64,000 nt of DNA. Origin: the human T2T-CHM13v2.0 reference genome, Homo sapiens. The stretch lies in assembly GCF_009914755.1 (NCBI RefSeq), contig NC_060943.1. One strand, 5' to 3'. The notes under the pieces are model-generated. The model saw only the letters and a list, made by a program, of their open reading frames with translations. It made no database searches and was not told the origin of the DNA. Position 1 is the first letter of the stretch, and each line of letters starts with the position of its first letter. This document shows positions 1 to 30,765 of this stretch, piece after piece. Made by a program: the position numbers and the translations under genes.

Positions 1-1918
<1,918 letters not shown>

Positions 1919-2943
1919 TCACCAGTACAAATTTTGATGCTGAATAAGTTGTGGGTCATAATTAAAGTTCTTTCCACATTCCCTATATTCATAGGGTTTC
2001 TCACTAGTATGAATTCTATGATGACTAATAAGCTGTGAACTCTGAGAATAAGCCTTCCCACATATCTTACATTCATAGGGTTTCTCCCCAGTATGAATTC
2101 TCTGATGTCTAGTAAGGTCTGAGCCAGAACGAAAAGCCTTTTCACATTCCTTACATTCGTAAGGTTTCTCACCTGTATGGATTCTTTGATGTTTAATAAG
2201 TTGTGAGCTCTGACTAAAGGCATTGCCACATTCCTTACATTCATAGGGTTTTTCCCCAGTATGAATTCTCTGATGTTGAGTAAAGTTTGAGCCACTACTA
2301 AAGGCCTTCCCGCATTCTTTGCATTCATAAGGCTTCTCACCTGTGTGAATTCTCTGATGTCGAGTGAAGTTTGAACCACTACTAAAGGCTTTCCCACATT
2401 CCTTACATTCATAGGGTTTCTCACCAGTGTGAATTCTGTGATGTCGAGTAAGGTCTGAGCCACAAATAAAGGTTTTTCCACATTCCTTACATTCAAAGGG
2501 TTTCTTGCCAGTATGAATTTTCTGATGATGAGTGAGTCTTGAGGGATGTCTAAAGGACTTTCCACATTCCTTACATTCATAAGGCTTCTCAATGGTATGA
2601 ATTATCTCATGTGTAGCAAACTGTGAGCCATGTCTAAAGGTTTTCCTATATTCTTTAGATGCACAGAATTTCTTTTTACTGTTAATGATTTGCTGTAATG
2701 TGAAGGATGGATGGTGACTCAAAGTGGGCAGATCTTCATGAGTGAATACCAATTGATTGAAATGTCCCCCCTGAGAGCCGAGTTCTTTCTTAAACTGCCT
2801 ATTACATTCCCAATCATCTCTGAAACTGGAGCACTGAAAATCACGTCTTGTGAGTTTTTCCATTATTTCCCACTGGGTTGATTCTATTTCATAAATTTCT
2901 TTCTTCAGAAATAATTTCTTGGTCTCACATCTTGATTCCAGGA
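1919..2943 (-). CDS. ZNF566: ZNF566 last coding exon: spacer plus C2H2 array (7 intact fingers, degenerate first and last finger)
   Basis: ORF 1919..2863 has CxxC...HxxxH fingers with TGEKPY linkers. The frame stays open upstream to an acceptor (ttttctttcag|TC, plus-strand ctgaaag at 2944). Phase-1 join gives ...[18 protein letters not shown] stop at 1919-1921. Confidence 0.96.
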
Positions 2944-3368
2944 CTGAAAGAAAATATGAAAGTAATCACTCACATTTTTCTTGTTTGGGAGAAACAAAAC
3001 TTCAATCAATATGGGAGAATTTAACCGAATTTTTTTTACAAATGGATGAGGAAAAAAGAGAGTTAGAAGACAGGTTACATAATAAGATGAGGGTAGTGAT
3101 TAGGAAAACAAAGTAAGTCACTGGTTCCCAAACATTGCTATAGATCAGAATTACTTTGGGAAGCCTGCTAAATATACACATGCCTTAGTCCTATCTCCCT
3201 TGTTAAAGGATGACTCTAATCATACACACACAAAATATCTCATTGCATATATACACACAGACATATAATAGCATCTCATAGTATGAATTATAAAATAAGG
3301 GAAATGGCCAGGCATGGTGGCTCACATCTGTAATCCCAGCACCTTGGGCGGGTGAGGCAGGCAGATCA

Positions 3369-3581
<213 letters not shown>

Positions 3582-3681
3582 TCAATAGATAGATAAATAA
3601 ATAAATAAATAAATAAAGGAATGATCACACTGTTAACAGGGCTATTGTCGGATGAAATGAATATGCCTAATGGAAAATTCC

Positions 3682-4135
3682 CAGAGATCAGTAAACTATG
3701 GCCTATGGCCCTGCACCCATTTTTATAAATGAAGTTTTATTAGCCATACTTGTTACGTATTGTCTATGGATGCTTTTGCGCTAAAAGGGCAGAAGTGAGT
3801 AGTTATGATAGAGAATGTGTGAACTGCAAACCTAAAATACTTACTATTTGCCTTTCAAGAAAAAGTTTGCCAGCCCCTGGTTAGATATGCATCGTCTAAT
3901 ACAGTAGCCGCTAGCTACATGTGGCTTTTAAAATTTCAAATAATTTAAGTAAAATGTGCATTTTATTTTGAAATAAACAGCTGAATTTGAAAATTCAGTT
4001 TCTCAGTCACATTATTCACATTTCCAATGTTCAACAGCCAAATGTGGCTGGTAGCTTTTGTACTGGAAGTCTGTACGAAATATCACAAATATAAAACATT
4101 TCCATCACCACTGAATGTTCTCTTGGATAGCCCTG
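3682..4135. mobile_element. Adjacent hAT MITEs: MER58A-like (3682-3879) and MER33/MER3-like (~3889-4135)
   Basis: CAG..TCAGTAAACTATGGCC / AAAAAGTTTGCCAGCCCCTG termini; gtagcc.ctagctacatgtggc MER33/MER3 text. Confidence 0.7.
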
Positions 4136-4801
4136 GTCTGGATTCTGTAACAGGAGGGCCAGAGCACTTTAAAAAATGATAAGGAACTAGAGGGTGACAA
4201 TCCAGAAAAAAGCCTAGCTTAAGAAAAGTCAAGTGTGGAATGAACATAGTATGAGTGGTAGATAGGACTCATTTGTGGACAGATATGGTATATGTTTGGG
4301 GTTTGATGAAAATAGTGTTTGTCGTGTAATTCTGAGATGCTGACCTTTGTTAAAGAGAAGAGGGGACTTAACAAGTACATGATCACTATAGTAGTAATGA
4401 CTGACTGGCAGAAAAGACATTTGTAGGTTCAAGAGAAGGGGAGAGAGTAAAATGGAAGGCAGTGTATGGTACTGACAGATCAGAGATACTAGATTCAGTT
4501 ACATGCGTTTTATACTCAAACTTGAATAATTATAAGCTTTGTTTTCTTGGGCAAATTAGTTCAACCTTCCAAACCTGCAGTTCTCTGTCTAATACAATAG
4601 GAATGATAGCCCTTACAACTGTTGTGAGGATTGGGATTAATGTTTGTAAATACTATGGAAGAATTTCTGCCAGGCACAGTGGCTCACGCCTGTAATCCCA
4701 GCACTCTGCGGGGCCGAGGCGGGCCGATCACGAGGTCAGGAGTTTGAGACCAGCCTGACCAACATGGTGAAACCCTATCTCTACTAAAAATACAAAAATT
4801 A

Positions 4802-4921
<120 letters not shown>

Positions 4922-5619
4922 CTAGGGAACAGAGCGAGACTCCATCTCAAAAAAAACAAACAAACAACAAAAAAAAGAATTTCCATACAAAAATGGGGAC
5001 ATTAGGCCCGACCCCTTGACTCGTTAAAAAAAAAAAAGGGAGAATAGTTAGAAGACTTGAAAGTCACTGACTCTTAGACAAGGAAATGGAGGGGTAAGGA
5101 AGGTACAGCTTTGTAAACTATTATAATATACATGTAATACAAATAAATTTTTACAAGAAATAATTTGGTCTGGTTACAGAGGGACAGGATCTCATCTAGT
5201 ATTCTTATCAGTTACCCATAGAGAAAGAAATGACTACGGAATGAGATATGATGAAAAGAAAAAATGAGTATAGCAAGGTGGTTGAGAAAACTGAAGGCTT
5301 TAGGGTTGTAAAAGAGGTCTGAATTCCAGACTTTTTAACTAGCTGAGAGGCATAACCAAATTATGAAACCTCAATGAATATTGTTTTTATCATCTGTAAA
5401 TCTGTCAAGTGTATGACACTAGTAGGTACTCAATATTTTAGTGGAATAGTGTTATGAATTAAGTAGGGAAGATAGTTTGAAATCATACTAGATCATATGG
5501 TAAAAACGTACATCATGCAATCTTTCTCTGATAGCTATAAGGCATTTAATCTGATCACTGAATCCTAAACAAACAAAAGACGTGAGAGGAAATCAACACT
5601 AGATTTAACTTGTAAGAAA

Positions 5620-12067
<6,448 letters not shown>

Positions 12068-12427
12068 TAGGGAAGAAAAATTGATGTAAGAAATAAAATG
12101 AATGTCAAATATGAATTCTGGAAGGAAAATATGGCAATGATATAGAACCCTAATAAAACAAATTTCCAGGGTTGATGAAAACTCTTAGTATTCAGATGGC
12201 TCCCTTTTTGCTGAGCAATATATATGAGGAAAGAGGTTTTTGTTTTGTTTTGTGTTTGCCTCAGCCTCCCAAGTAACTGGGATTACAGGCATGAGACACC
12301 ATGCCTGGCTAATTTTTGTATTTTTAGTAGAGATGGGGTTTCATCACCTTGGCCAGGCTGGTCTTGAACTCCTGACCGTGTGATCCACCCACCTGGGCCT
12401 CCCAAAGTGCTGGGATTACAGGCGTGA

Positions 12428-12565
<138 letters not shown>

Positions 12566-13039
12566 TGAGTAGCTGGGATTACAGGCATGCGCCACCACGC
12601 CCGGCTAATTTTTTGTATTTTTAGTAAAGACGGGGTTTCACCATGTTGGCCAGGCTGGTCTCGAACCCCAACCTCAGGTGATCCACCCGCCTCGGCCTCC
12701 CAAAGTGCTGGGATTACAGTCGTGAGCCACCGCGCCTGGCCACCTATTACTTTTTTTTTTTTTTTTTGAGACAGAACCTTGCTCTGTTGCCCAGGTGAGA
12801 GTACAGTGGCGTGATCTCAGCTCACTGCAACTTCCACCTCCTGGGTTCAAGAGATCCTCCTGCCTCTCAGCCTCCCAAGTAGCTGAGATCATACGCAGCT
12901 ATTTTTTTTGTATTTTTAGTAAAGACGAGGTTTCAACACGTTGGCCAGGCTGATCTCGAACTCCTGACCTCAAGTGATCTGCCCACCTTGACCTCCCAAA
13001 GTGCTGGGATTACAGGCATAAGCCACTGTGCCTGGCTTT

Positions 13040-13925
13040 CATAGGATTTAAAGAAAGACCTAGGGTCTCATAGAATAATATTCAGAATGCCTTAGGATAC
13101 CATCCAAAATCACTCAACATATGAAGAATGAAGAAAATTTTAACTTACATGGCAAAAGACAACAGACACCAAAATAAAGGTGACTCATGTTGGAATTATC
13201 AGATAATGACTTTAAAGCAGCTATTTTAAAAATGCTTGAATAAGGAATCATGCACACTCTGCAAACCAATATAAAAATAGAAAGTTTCAGCAAAAGAATA
13301 GAATATATAAAGAAGAATAAACAAGTTTTAGAACTGAAAAGTGCAGTAGCCGAAATAAAAACCACTGGCTAGGCTCAACAGCAGAATGGAGGTAATAAAG
13401 TCAATAAACTTGAAGATAGTTCAAAAGAAATTAGCTAATATGAATAGCAGCGAAAAAAAGATGGAAAATGCAAAAAGAACATAGCCTCTGGGAATGTAGA
13501 ACAAGAAAAGATTTAACATTTGTGTCATCAGGGTTTCAGAAGGAGAAGAGATAGTATAGGACTCAAAAAAGATTTGAAGAAATAATGGCTGAAAACTTAC
13601 AAATTTTGTGAAAGATAAAACAAGCAAAGCCATTTTGAGAAGCTCAGCCACCCCAAATAGGATAAACCCAAAGAAATCCATACTCAGACACATCATAATC
13701 AAACTGCTGAAAATCAAAGACAAAATAAATAGTGAAAGAACTGTAAAAAAATATATATTACTTCTGGGTGAACAATGATTTGAATGACTGGATTGCTCTT
13801 CATAAACTCTGGAGGCCAGAAAAAAATTGGAACAATAATTTATTGTGCTGAAAAAAAGAGTTGTGAATCCAGAATTTTGTATCTACCAAAAATATCCTTC
13901 AGTAATGAAGGTGAGATTAAGAAAA
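13040..13925 (+). mobile_element. Old L1M ORF1-region fragment
   Basis: gaagaaataatggctgaaaa...cagacacatcataatcaaactgctgaaaa...agaattttgtatct..aaaatatccttca L1 ORF1 text. Confidence 0.75.
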
Positions 13926-14887
13926 GTAATACTGCAAATGTACATTGCAGCTCAGGCTGTGCCCTCAGAGTCTGTGTGAGAGTAGGCAATAGTGGGGACA
14001 GTGGTTAGTAAAAGAGCTTGTACCCCTTCTCAAAGGGGTTAAGTGCTTGTTAAATCCAGGAGACAGCTGTCATGTGAGAATGAAGGTCCAGTGCTGCTTT
14101 CCAGCTCTCCAAGGAAAACTAGAAATCCAGATTTCTATATTAAATCCCCTGATAGCTTGAGGCTGGTAACTAATTCAGAACATTAGAGAACTGTAGGGGC
14201 AGCACCAAACACAAACATGTGTAGGATACACCCTGAGTTACTAGGTTGTTACTTCAATGGAGTTTTCTGTTTCTTTGAACTTCAGAAATTATACCAAGAT
14301 ACATCTAATTAAAACTCTTGGCTGGACGCAGTGGCTTACGCCTGTGATCCCAGCACTTTGGGAGTCCGAGGCAGGTGGATCACCTGAGGTCAAGAGTTTG
14401 AGACCTGGCCAACACGGTAAAACCTCATCTCTACTAAAAATACAAAAAAAATTAGTTAGGCTTAGTGGCGTGCACCTGTAGTCCCAGCTACTCAGGGAGG
14501 CTGAGGCAGGAGAATCCCCTGAACCCAGGAGGCAGAGGTTGCAGTGAGCCAAGATCACGCCACTGCACTCCAGCCTGGGCGACAGAGCGAGACTCTGTCT
14601 CAGAAAAAATAAAATAAAATAAAATAAAAAAATAAAATAAATCCTATGGAGATGGTTCATATTTTGTTTTAACAGGTATTGACCATGTTGGGTACAGGCT
14701 GCAAGTTCCAACAAGGCTTGTGTGGACTGTGATTCCAGTGTCAGTTTTCAAGGCCTTTGCAGTGTTATTTGGATTTGTCCTGTGTGTACACCACCCAATC
14801 CAATCTGAACTTACACTTTAGTTCTTAAAGTCTTTGATATGTTATTTAGGGACAGATCCACATATATTCGGGCAAAAATGAGCCTAA

Positions 14888-15258
<371 letters not shown>

Positions 15259-15700
15259 TGAACTTGTTCCTTTCTGGGATCTTCTTAATACTTTCTAGTT
15301 CCCTGGAGCTCCCCTATTCAGTTCTCTAGTCCTAACGCTGGGGCTTTAGTTACCTCCCTCTGCTATGTATTTTCTGCAACTATGCCTGGGTATGGCAGGA
15401 GGAAACAGAGAAAAAAAGTAATAGGGGTTCACTCCACGGCAACTCTAACAGGAAAAGAAGGTTCCTATTCCTTGTAGTTTTAGATACCTGCAGGCCCCCA
15501 CTGCTTCCACTATTGCTGCTGCTGCTGTGAGATTGTCTGGAGGCTGGGACATGCAAAAACAGGGGGGAAAATATAGACATATATTTGTGTATATATACAT
15601 ATATGTATATATGTACATATGTATGTGCATATACACACAAGCAAGAGATTGCCCCAATCTCTCTTGGTGTTAAGAATCCCATTTCCTCCCATCCTGGCTA

Positions 15701-16037
<337 letters not shown>

Positions 16038-16229
16038 TCAAAATCAGCCTAGATAACACAGGGAGACCTGGTTTCTACCAAAATTTTAAAAATTAGCTGG
16101 GCACGGTGGCACATGTCTGCGGTTTCAGCTACTCGGGGGCTGAGGTAGGAGGATTGCTTGAGCCCAGGAGGTCCAGACTGCAGTGAGCTGTGGGTTCACC
16201 ACTACACTCCAGCTGGAATTATCTCTGTC

Positions 16230-18340
<2,111 letters not shown>

Positions 18341-18417
18341 AGTCTGCAGATGTAAATATTATTGTCATAATTACATGTTTACATATATACATTCTATATA
18401 TTCTACTATGTTTATAA

Positions 18418-18648
<231 letters not shown>

Positions 18649-19222
18649 TGATCCACCCACCTCGGCCTCCCAAAGTGCTGGGATTACAGGTGTTAGCCAC
18701 CATGCCCAGCTTATAAATACTATTTTAAGGGAAAAATTTAATGGATAGGTTGAAAAGCATAAAGGTCATTGTTACAGAATATATTAGCAAATCAATATAA
18801 ATCAAGGCCAAAGAAATATATATATTAAATATATATAAAGGCAGTATAAATATATATAAAGGCAGTATAAATGGAAAAACAGATAAAGAGTAAGAAACAC
18901 ACAGACGTTTTATGTCAGTTTAATAGAAGGAAAAAAGGAAAAGGTAACAAGGCAATATTTGAAGAGATGACTACTAAGAATTTCCTATCACTGAAAAAAA
19001 AAAGATGTAAGTCCTCAGATTGAAAAATACTACCAGGAGCAAGGCATAAGGGGAATAAAGGTAACCATATCTGAATTTATCACAGTAAAAATTTAGCCTA
19101 TTAGAGGAAAACATTTTTCTCTAATGGAAAGGAACAAGAATCATCTATCAAAAAGAAAACAGTTAAGAATATCTTCATGGCCTTGTGGCAGGCAAAGATA
19201 TATTAAAAAAGACAACAATGTA

Positions 19223-19460
19223 CAGCTGTCCCTCTGTACCAGGTGGGAGGGGTGAGGACAGTTGAGGTTTGGTTTCAGGACCATGGCAGACACCAAAATC
19301 TGCGGATGCTCAAGTCCCTTATATAAAATGGCACAGTAAGTTGGTTTCAACCAACTGTGAGTCTCAACCTACTAATACAGAGGGCCAACTATACGTATTT
19401 TACATCCATGATTGGTTGAGTCTGTGGATGCAGAATCCACAAATACGAAGGGCTGACTAT
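19223..19460. mobile_element. MER2-type Tigger MITE
   Basis: ccaaaatctgcggatgctcaagtcccttatataaaatgg; terminal inverted cag.tgtccctc / gaagggctgact. Confidence 0.75.
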
Positions 19461-19847
19461 ACATATGTGATGATTCCATTCATGTAAGATTCAAATATAG
19501 GCTAAGGAAGAATTTCTTAACTGAGTCCCTACGAGTGTGAAGCATAAAAGAAAAGATGGATACATTTGACTACAGTAATCATTAAGAACTTCTGCTCACA
19601 GAAAAGAAAACCGTAAACAGAGCTAAATTCAATTCAGAGTAGAAAAAGATACTTGTAGTTTGTAGAACATGCAAAGTCCCATAAGCAGAACATATAAAGA
19701 ACTCTTACACATTAAGAAAAATACAGACAATTCGGCCAGGCGCAGTGGCTCATGCCTATAATCCCAGCACTTTGCCGAGGCAGGTGGATCACAAGGTCAG
19801 GAGATCGAGACCATCCTGGCTAACACGGTGAAACCCCATCTCTACTA

Positions 19848-20006
<159 letters not shown>

Positions 20007-20377
20007 TCAAAAAAAAAAAAAAAGAAAGAAAAATACAGACAATTCAACAGAAAAACAGGCAAAAGATTTGAGCAGGCAATTCACTAAAGAATTTCAGCTG
20101 GGCATGGTGGCTCACGCCTGTAATCCCAGCACTTTGGGAGGCCGAGACAGGCGGATCACGAGGTCAGGAATTTGAGACCATCCTGGCTAACACAGTGAAA
20201 CCCCATCTCTACTAAAAATATAAAAAATTAGATGGGCATAGTGGTGGGTGCCCATAATCCCAGCTACACAGGAGGCTGAGGCAGAAGAACCACTTGAACC
20301 TGAGAGGCAGAGGTTGAAGTGAGCGAAGATCGCACCGCTGCACTCCAGCCTGGGCAACAATGTGAGGCTCTGTCTCA

Positions 20378-20818
<441 letters not shown>

Positions 20819-20949
20819 TCAAAGTTTGGGCTGGGCATGGTGGCTCACGCCTGTAATCCCAGCACTTTGGGAGGCCGAGGCAGGCCGATCACCTGAGGTC
20901 AGGAGTTCGAGAGCAGCCTGACCAACAGGGAGAAACCCCATCTCTACTA

Positions 20950-21152
<203 letters not shown>

Positions 21153-22199
21153 TTAGGAAGCATGTGCAACAATGGGAACATTCATATACTGCTGGTGAAA
21201 TTGTAAACAAATACAAGTGTTGAAGAAAAGTTAAAATTAGGTAGCTCGGCTGGGTGAAGTGGCTTGCTCCTGTAATCCCAACACTTTGGGAGGTTGAGGT
21301 GGGAGGATCACTTGAGGCCAGGAGTTAGAGACCAGCCTGGTCAACATGGCAAAACCCTGTCTCTACTAAAAATACAAAAATTAGCTGGGTGTGGTGCTGC
21401 ATGCCTGTAATTCTCACAATTCGGGAGGCTAAGGCATGAGAATCACTTGAATCTTGGAGGCAGAAGTTGCAGTGAACCCAGATCACGCCATTTCACTCCA
21501 GCCTGGGCGACAGGACTAGACTCTGTCTCAAAAAAACTAAAAAATTAGGCAGCTAGTTTGGGAGCAGTAGCTCATGCCTGTAATCTCAGCCCTTCTGGAG
21601 CCTGAGTGGTGGGATCACTTGAGCCCAGGAGTTCCAGACCAGCCTGGGCAACGTGGCAAAACCCCGTCTCTACAAAAAATACAAAAAATTAACCAGGTGT
21701 GGTGGCATGCATCTGTAGTCCCATCTACTCAGGAGGCTGAGGTGGGGGGATCACGTGAGCCCAGGAAGTGGTCAAGACTGCAGTGAGCCGTGATAGTGCC
21801 ACTGCCCTCCAGCCTGGGCAAGAGTGGGACCCTGTTTCAAAAAAAAAAGTAAAAGCACCCTCTGGGAACCAATAGACAGGTAAATGTTATTATTTTGCAA
21901 AGTCCATAAAAACTGAAAAAATCAACACAGTAATAGATTAAAAGTATGAAATATAGAAATGAACAAGGTAATTATCATGCTATGGTGAAAATGTACACTC
22001 TTACAAGTATTCAATATAATGACAATAAAGCAGTCCAGTATACAAAGAAATCACTGTAAAATTTATATAACTTTGCATTAAGGTTATATAAGGGAGAAAG
22101 TATCAGTATTTTTTAGAATTACATGAGATTATGCAAGGGTGAAATGACATGAAGTCCTGGATTTACTTGAAATTATTTGTGGTGGGACGCGGTGGCTTA

Positions 22200-22537
<338 letters not shown>

Positions 22538-22959
22538 TCACAATGAAAAGCAACATTCTACGACTTGTAAAATAAATGAGCGAAAACATTTATTTAAAAT
22601 AAAAATTAACCATTCTTAAAGAGTACAATGAAATGAATACTACCAAACACTGTGAGTGTCTGAAAGCTTCAGAAATATCTTGTCTCTGAGAATCTATCCT
22701 AAGCAAATACAGAAAAATCTATATGCGTAAAGTGTGCTTTTACATAAAGAATGCATATATGCATAAAGAATGGTACTTTTACAAACAAGCATTGATTAGA
22801 AAGCAGCTTAACTATGTAAGTATAAGTACTCGAACTGCACTAAAAGAAAAAAAAAAACAGAATTATATGAGAAAATGCATGTAGAAACTATTACATACCT
22901 ATCTAATCTTCATGGCCAGATCTTTTTGGTACTTTTCTTCCTGAGTTCCTGAGTTCACC

Positions 22960-25425
<2,466 letters not shown>

Positions 25426-25829
25426 GAGGGCATAAACCCCTATCCCAAAAAACTTAGTAAAAGCAAATAAGTCTTTGGCAGTGTAGGAAAAAATCTATTT
25501 CTGGAGACAGTGATGCTTTTATTAGACTAAATACAAAGGAGGATGAGAAGCTAGGAAGGAAATGGATCCAAAATATGGATAGAAAAGAATATCACTAGAA
25601 AGGGTGGAGGAGGGCACCAGCTGGTTAGAACTGAGAGAGAAGGATAAGAGGAGAAAAGCAGGCAAAGTGTGTTAGGTAAAGGGGAAAGGTAGGATCATTT
25701 GAAAGCTCATGTAGAAAAGGTCTTACATTTGCACAACAGGCCAAAAGCCTGTGAGGAGAGTTTCTCAGATAGCATCTAAAAGATGCAGTCTCTCTACCAG
25801 CCAAATCACGCATTACCTGCTGTGCCTCA

Positions 25830-25934
<105 letters not shown>

Positions 25935-26238
25935 TTACAAAAGAAGTAACAAAACAAATTTATCATGAGCATATCCTAGAATTCAAATCCAGTCCCTTCA
26001 TTATAAAGAAAGACATGGCATTATGAGAAGAGTCAAAGAGAGGTACAACGGACTTATGAAACATAACGGAAGATGTAAAACATCCCCAAAAACTCAATGC
26101 AGCTTCCTTTTTCTAACTCTACCATATTCAGAACATTCCTGTGGAACAGGATATCAAAATTCGACTGGTTTTTGAAAGCCAGGTGAGCATTTCACATTGG
26201 AGGAAGTAGGCCTTCCAAGGGCAGAATCTAAATTACTA

Positions 26239-26595
<357 letters not shown>

Positions 26596-29119
26596 CTAGG
26601 ATACCTCCATTATCCAAACAAGGTTGGGAAGGTACAAAAATTCAGCTAAGAGGGCTTTTCCAATTAAATGAAATTGTATATGCAATGCCTCACACTATAC
26701 CTGTCATATAATAAATCAACGATACATGTGATCTTTCTCCCTCTCTTTTCCCAAATAGCTGAGAGTCAAATTTCAGAATAAGGGATAAAGACATTAAAAG
26801 CCGCCAGAGAGAAGAGCAGGTCATATAAAAGGCATCAAAAATTAGAGGGGCAATGGAATTCTCAAGAACACCTCTAAAAGCAAGAAACAATAAGAACGAT
26901 TCTTCAATATTCTGATGGAGAAAATAAACTCTGACCTAGACTTTCATAAACAAACTATCATTCTGTTTTGAGTGTTGAGAAAAGACATTTGTAGACATCC
27001 AAGGACTCAAGAAGAGTTTCTTCAGAAACTTCTAGAGGATGTGGTCCACAAAAACGAGGGAGTAAACAAAAAAAGAAGACAACATAGGATTCAGGAAGTA
27101 GGTAAAGTTTCAGGAAAGCTGTGACTGAGAGAGTAAACCAGACCAGATGGGAACAAGGAAACAGGAAATGGGGAATCAAGTCTCTATATCAAAAGGAACT
27201 GATGTGTCTGACCAGAGGGAAAACGTATTGATTGGCCTGTGGCAATGATGCTGGAGATTCTGGATATAAACACACAAATGACTAGGCAAATGAGGGGGGA
27301 AGCAATTAACCCCAGGAAAATGAAGGGTTGTATAGAACAAAGCCATGAGCTCGCTTGGCAGAGAATAATATTTGCAGCCGTAATAAGGTGTATACTATTG
27401 ATTTAACCAAAAATGGTGATATGGTAACAGTCAGGAAAAACGAAAGTGCAGTATGGGAATACAATGTTCCCTTTAACTTTGCAATCAGTCAAGAGATAAT
27501 GACTAAAGTGGGTTTATCGAAAAATGGTAGTAAACCAATTTTCAAGAGTTGAGGGCAGTGGCCTCTTGGAGTGGGTCTGGTAACGGGACAAAACCAGAAT
27601 TGAACTATTTCCCTTGTAGACATGTGTAAAATTACTTTTAAAAACTTTGTATCTTAGAAAATTAAATTTGCATATAATTTAAGACTCTGATCCATTCCTA
27701 TGCCAGACTATTATATAATAAGAAATATTCCTTGTTACAACAAATGCTATTCATATGTTTCTCACTGAATACTATTCTATTATAAGGCTATAAATGACAT
27801 CTATCCTTTTGCCTTTAGAAATTCAGGCTAGAGGTGATCTCTAAAGACCTCGCCAACATTGGCCCAATCTTATTTATAACCACCTACTGCCCAGCTGTAA
27901 ATTCCCCTTATAACTAAGCTACAGAAAACTGGTGAAGGATGATCCAGTTTCACCGTTGGTATTACTGACATCATTGCTTTTGTTTTTTAAACAGGATCTT
28001 CCTCTATCACCCAGGCCAAAGTGCAGTGGCATGATCACATCTCACTGCAGCCATGACTTCCTGGGCTCAAGTGATCCTCCCACCTCAGCCTCCCGAGTAG
28101 CTGGGACTACAGGCGTGCACCAACATGCCTGGCTAATTTTTGTATTTTTTGTAGAGATGGGGTTTGCCATGTTGCCCAGGCTAGTCACCTGGGTTCAAGC
28201 AAACCACCAGCCTCAACCTCCCAAAATGCTGGAATTACAGGTGTGAGTCACCACGTTTGGCCACTGACATCAATTTTTCATGGATGCTTAGTGAGGTGTG
28301 AGAGCTTTGTAACAACCACTAGTCACACTCTCAAACATAAAAGGCTCGTTAACCAGGAGACCTTGCCATGTACTAGGACTGAAATCAAACAAAACCACAG
28401 CATGTATTTTCTTATTGGAAAACCCAGGTCTACAGAGCTAATGAGGGCTTTTCCCTATAAGGTGCCCCTAATTACTTATTTTCATCCCATCAAATCACTG
28501 TCCAAGCAAATTAAATTCATATTAATTCAATGTGGGGAACACATTTCTGCCCTATCAGGATTTTTGGTAGAAATCTGAGATAGGAGATGCTGAAGGACTT
28601 GTAAACCAGCATGTAAACATTGTTTAAAAGCGGGGGGCGGCGGGGAACTGAAGAGGAGACTGGGGTTGTTTAGGAGGAAATGCATGTCCTTTTCCTGACA
28701 GGGGACCCTGGAAACCAGTGTAAAAAAAATTATTCCAAACCTGATCTGGGTCAGGTTTTTACATTACATAATTTTTACATTACATAATTCTTAAATCTCT
28801 TTATGGAAAGAAAGAAATAAGTATTCTTGATGAAACTGATAGGGGATTTTCTGATGGACATTAATCTAAATTAAAACTTCTTCAGAGAAATTTGTTATTC
28901 AACCACTTGGCTGACTAACAGTTAACAGTGAATTAATATAAATTTTTTTCTGGGCACAGTGGCTCATGCTTATAATCCCAGCTCTTTGGGAGGCTGAGGC
29001 GGGTGGATAACTTGAGGTCAGGAATTCGAGGCCAGCCTGGACAACATGGCAAAGACTCATCTCTACTAAAAATACAAAAATTAGCTGGGTGTGGTTGTGG
29101 GCGCCTGTAATCCCAGCTA

Positions 29120-29266
<147 letters not shown>

Positions 29267-29476
29267 TTATGTAATCAATTCTTTTTTTTTCTATGAATTG
29301 GCCTGTTAGAGATCCTTTCCTTTACAGCAAAATTCTGACATTGCTCATAACCAAACTTTTTGAAAGGTGTTGTTTTTCTTTCTAACATCAAAAAGCATCA
29401 TCATGAGGAAAGCAAATGTTTACAGTTACTAGAAGTAAAAATCACTCTATCTGAGCAAAAGGAAACAGTATCTCAC

Positions 29477-29485
29477 CTGAGCCAT
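29477..29485 (-). CDS. ZNF566: ZNF566 start-codon segment (ATG GCT CAG = MAQ) of 68-nt exon 2 (29477-29544)
   Basis: Strong Kozak gccATGG; donor CAG|gtgag in phase 0 with KRAB-A; pyrimidine-rich acceptor ...cctctcccag| at 29545. Total CDS 9+127+96+1025=1257 nt = 418 aa + stop. Confidence 0.92.
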
Positions 29486-29930
29486 GGCTCTGATATTTGT
29501 AGAAAAGGACCTTCTCTTGGCTCTTCTTTTGGAGAAGGGTAGAGCTGGGAGAGGCAAAAGAAGATAGATAAGACCCCACTTTCCTCACAGCTCCTGGCCC
29601 AGAATGATCATTTTCCTTCTGTTCATGCTTCAGAAATGCTTGTGGGGTATCAGTGAGGAGAATGGGCAAATGTCTCTATCATCCCTAGCTTCAAAGATAC
29701 CAGGCTGTAACTGGAGCAGGATGGATTAGGGCAACTCAATATGGCTTGGAGAATATATGTTTATATACACACACATACATACATATAGATTTTTTTAACT
29801 CATATTATACACACTACTTATACACGTTGCTATTTTTACTTTACATATCTTGGAATGAAGTCCTAATTAGCACATATTGTGTTACATAACTGGTTTAATA
29901 GCTACATTGCAGTCCATTAAATGGATATAA

Positions 29931-30143
<213 letters not shown>

Positions 30144-30381
30144 TAGCCAGGATGGTCTCGATCTCCTGACCTCATGATCCGCCCGACTCCACCTCCCAAT
30201 GTGCTAAGATTACAGGTATGAGCCACCGCGCCTGGCCATAACTTTATTTATTTAACCAATCTGTGGCCAATCATCATTTAGGCTTTTTCTAGTTTTTCAC
30301 TGTAACAAACAATGCTGTAATAAATATCCTTGTGCATATGTCATTTTACCTGTATATGAGTTCTTCACAATTAATTCCTAA

Positions 30382-30765
<384 letters not shown>

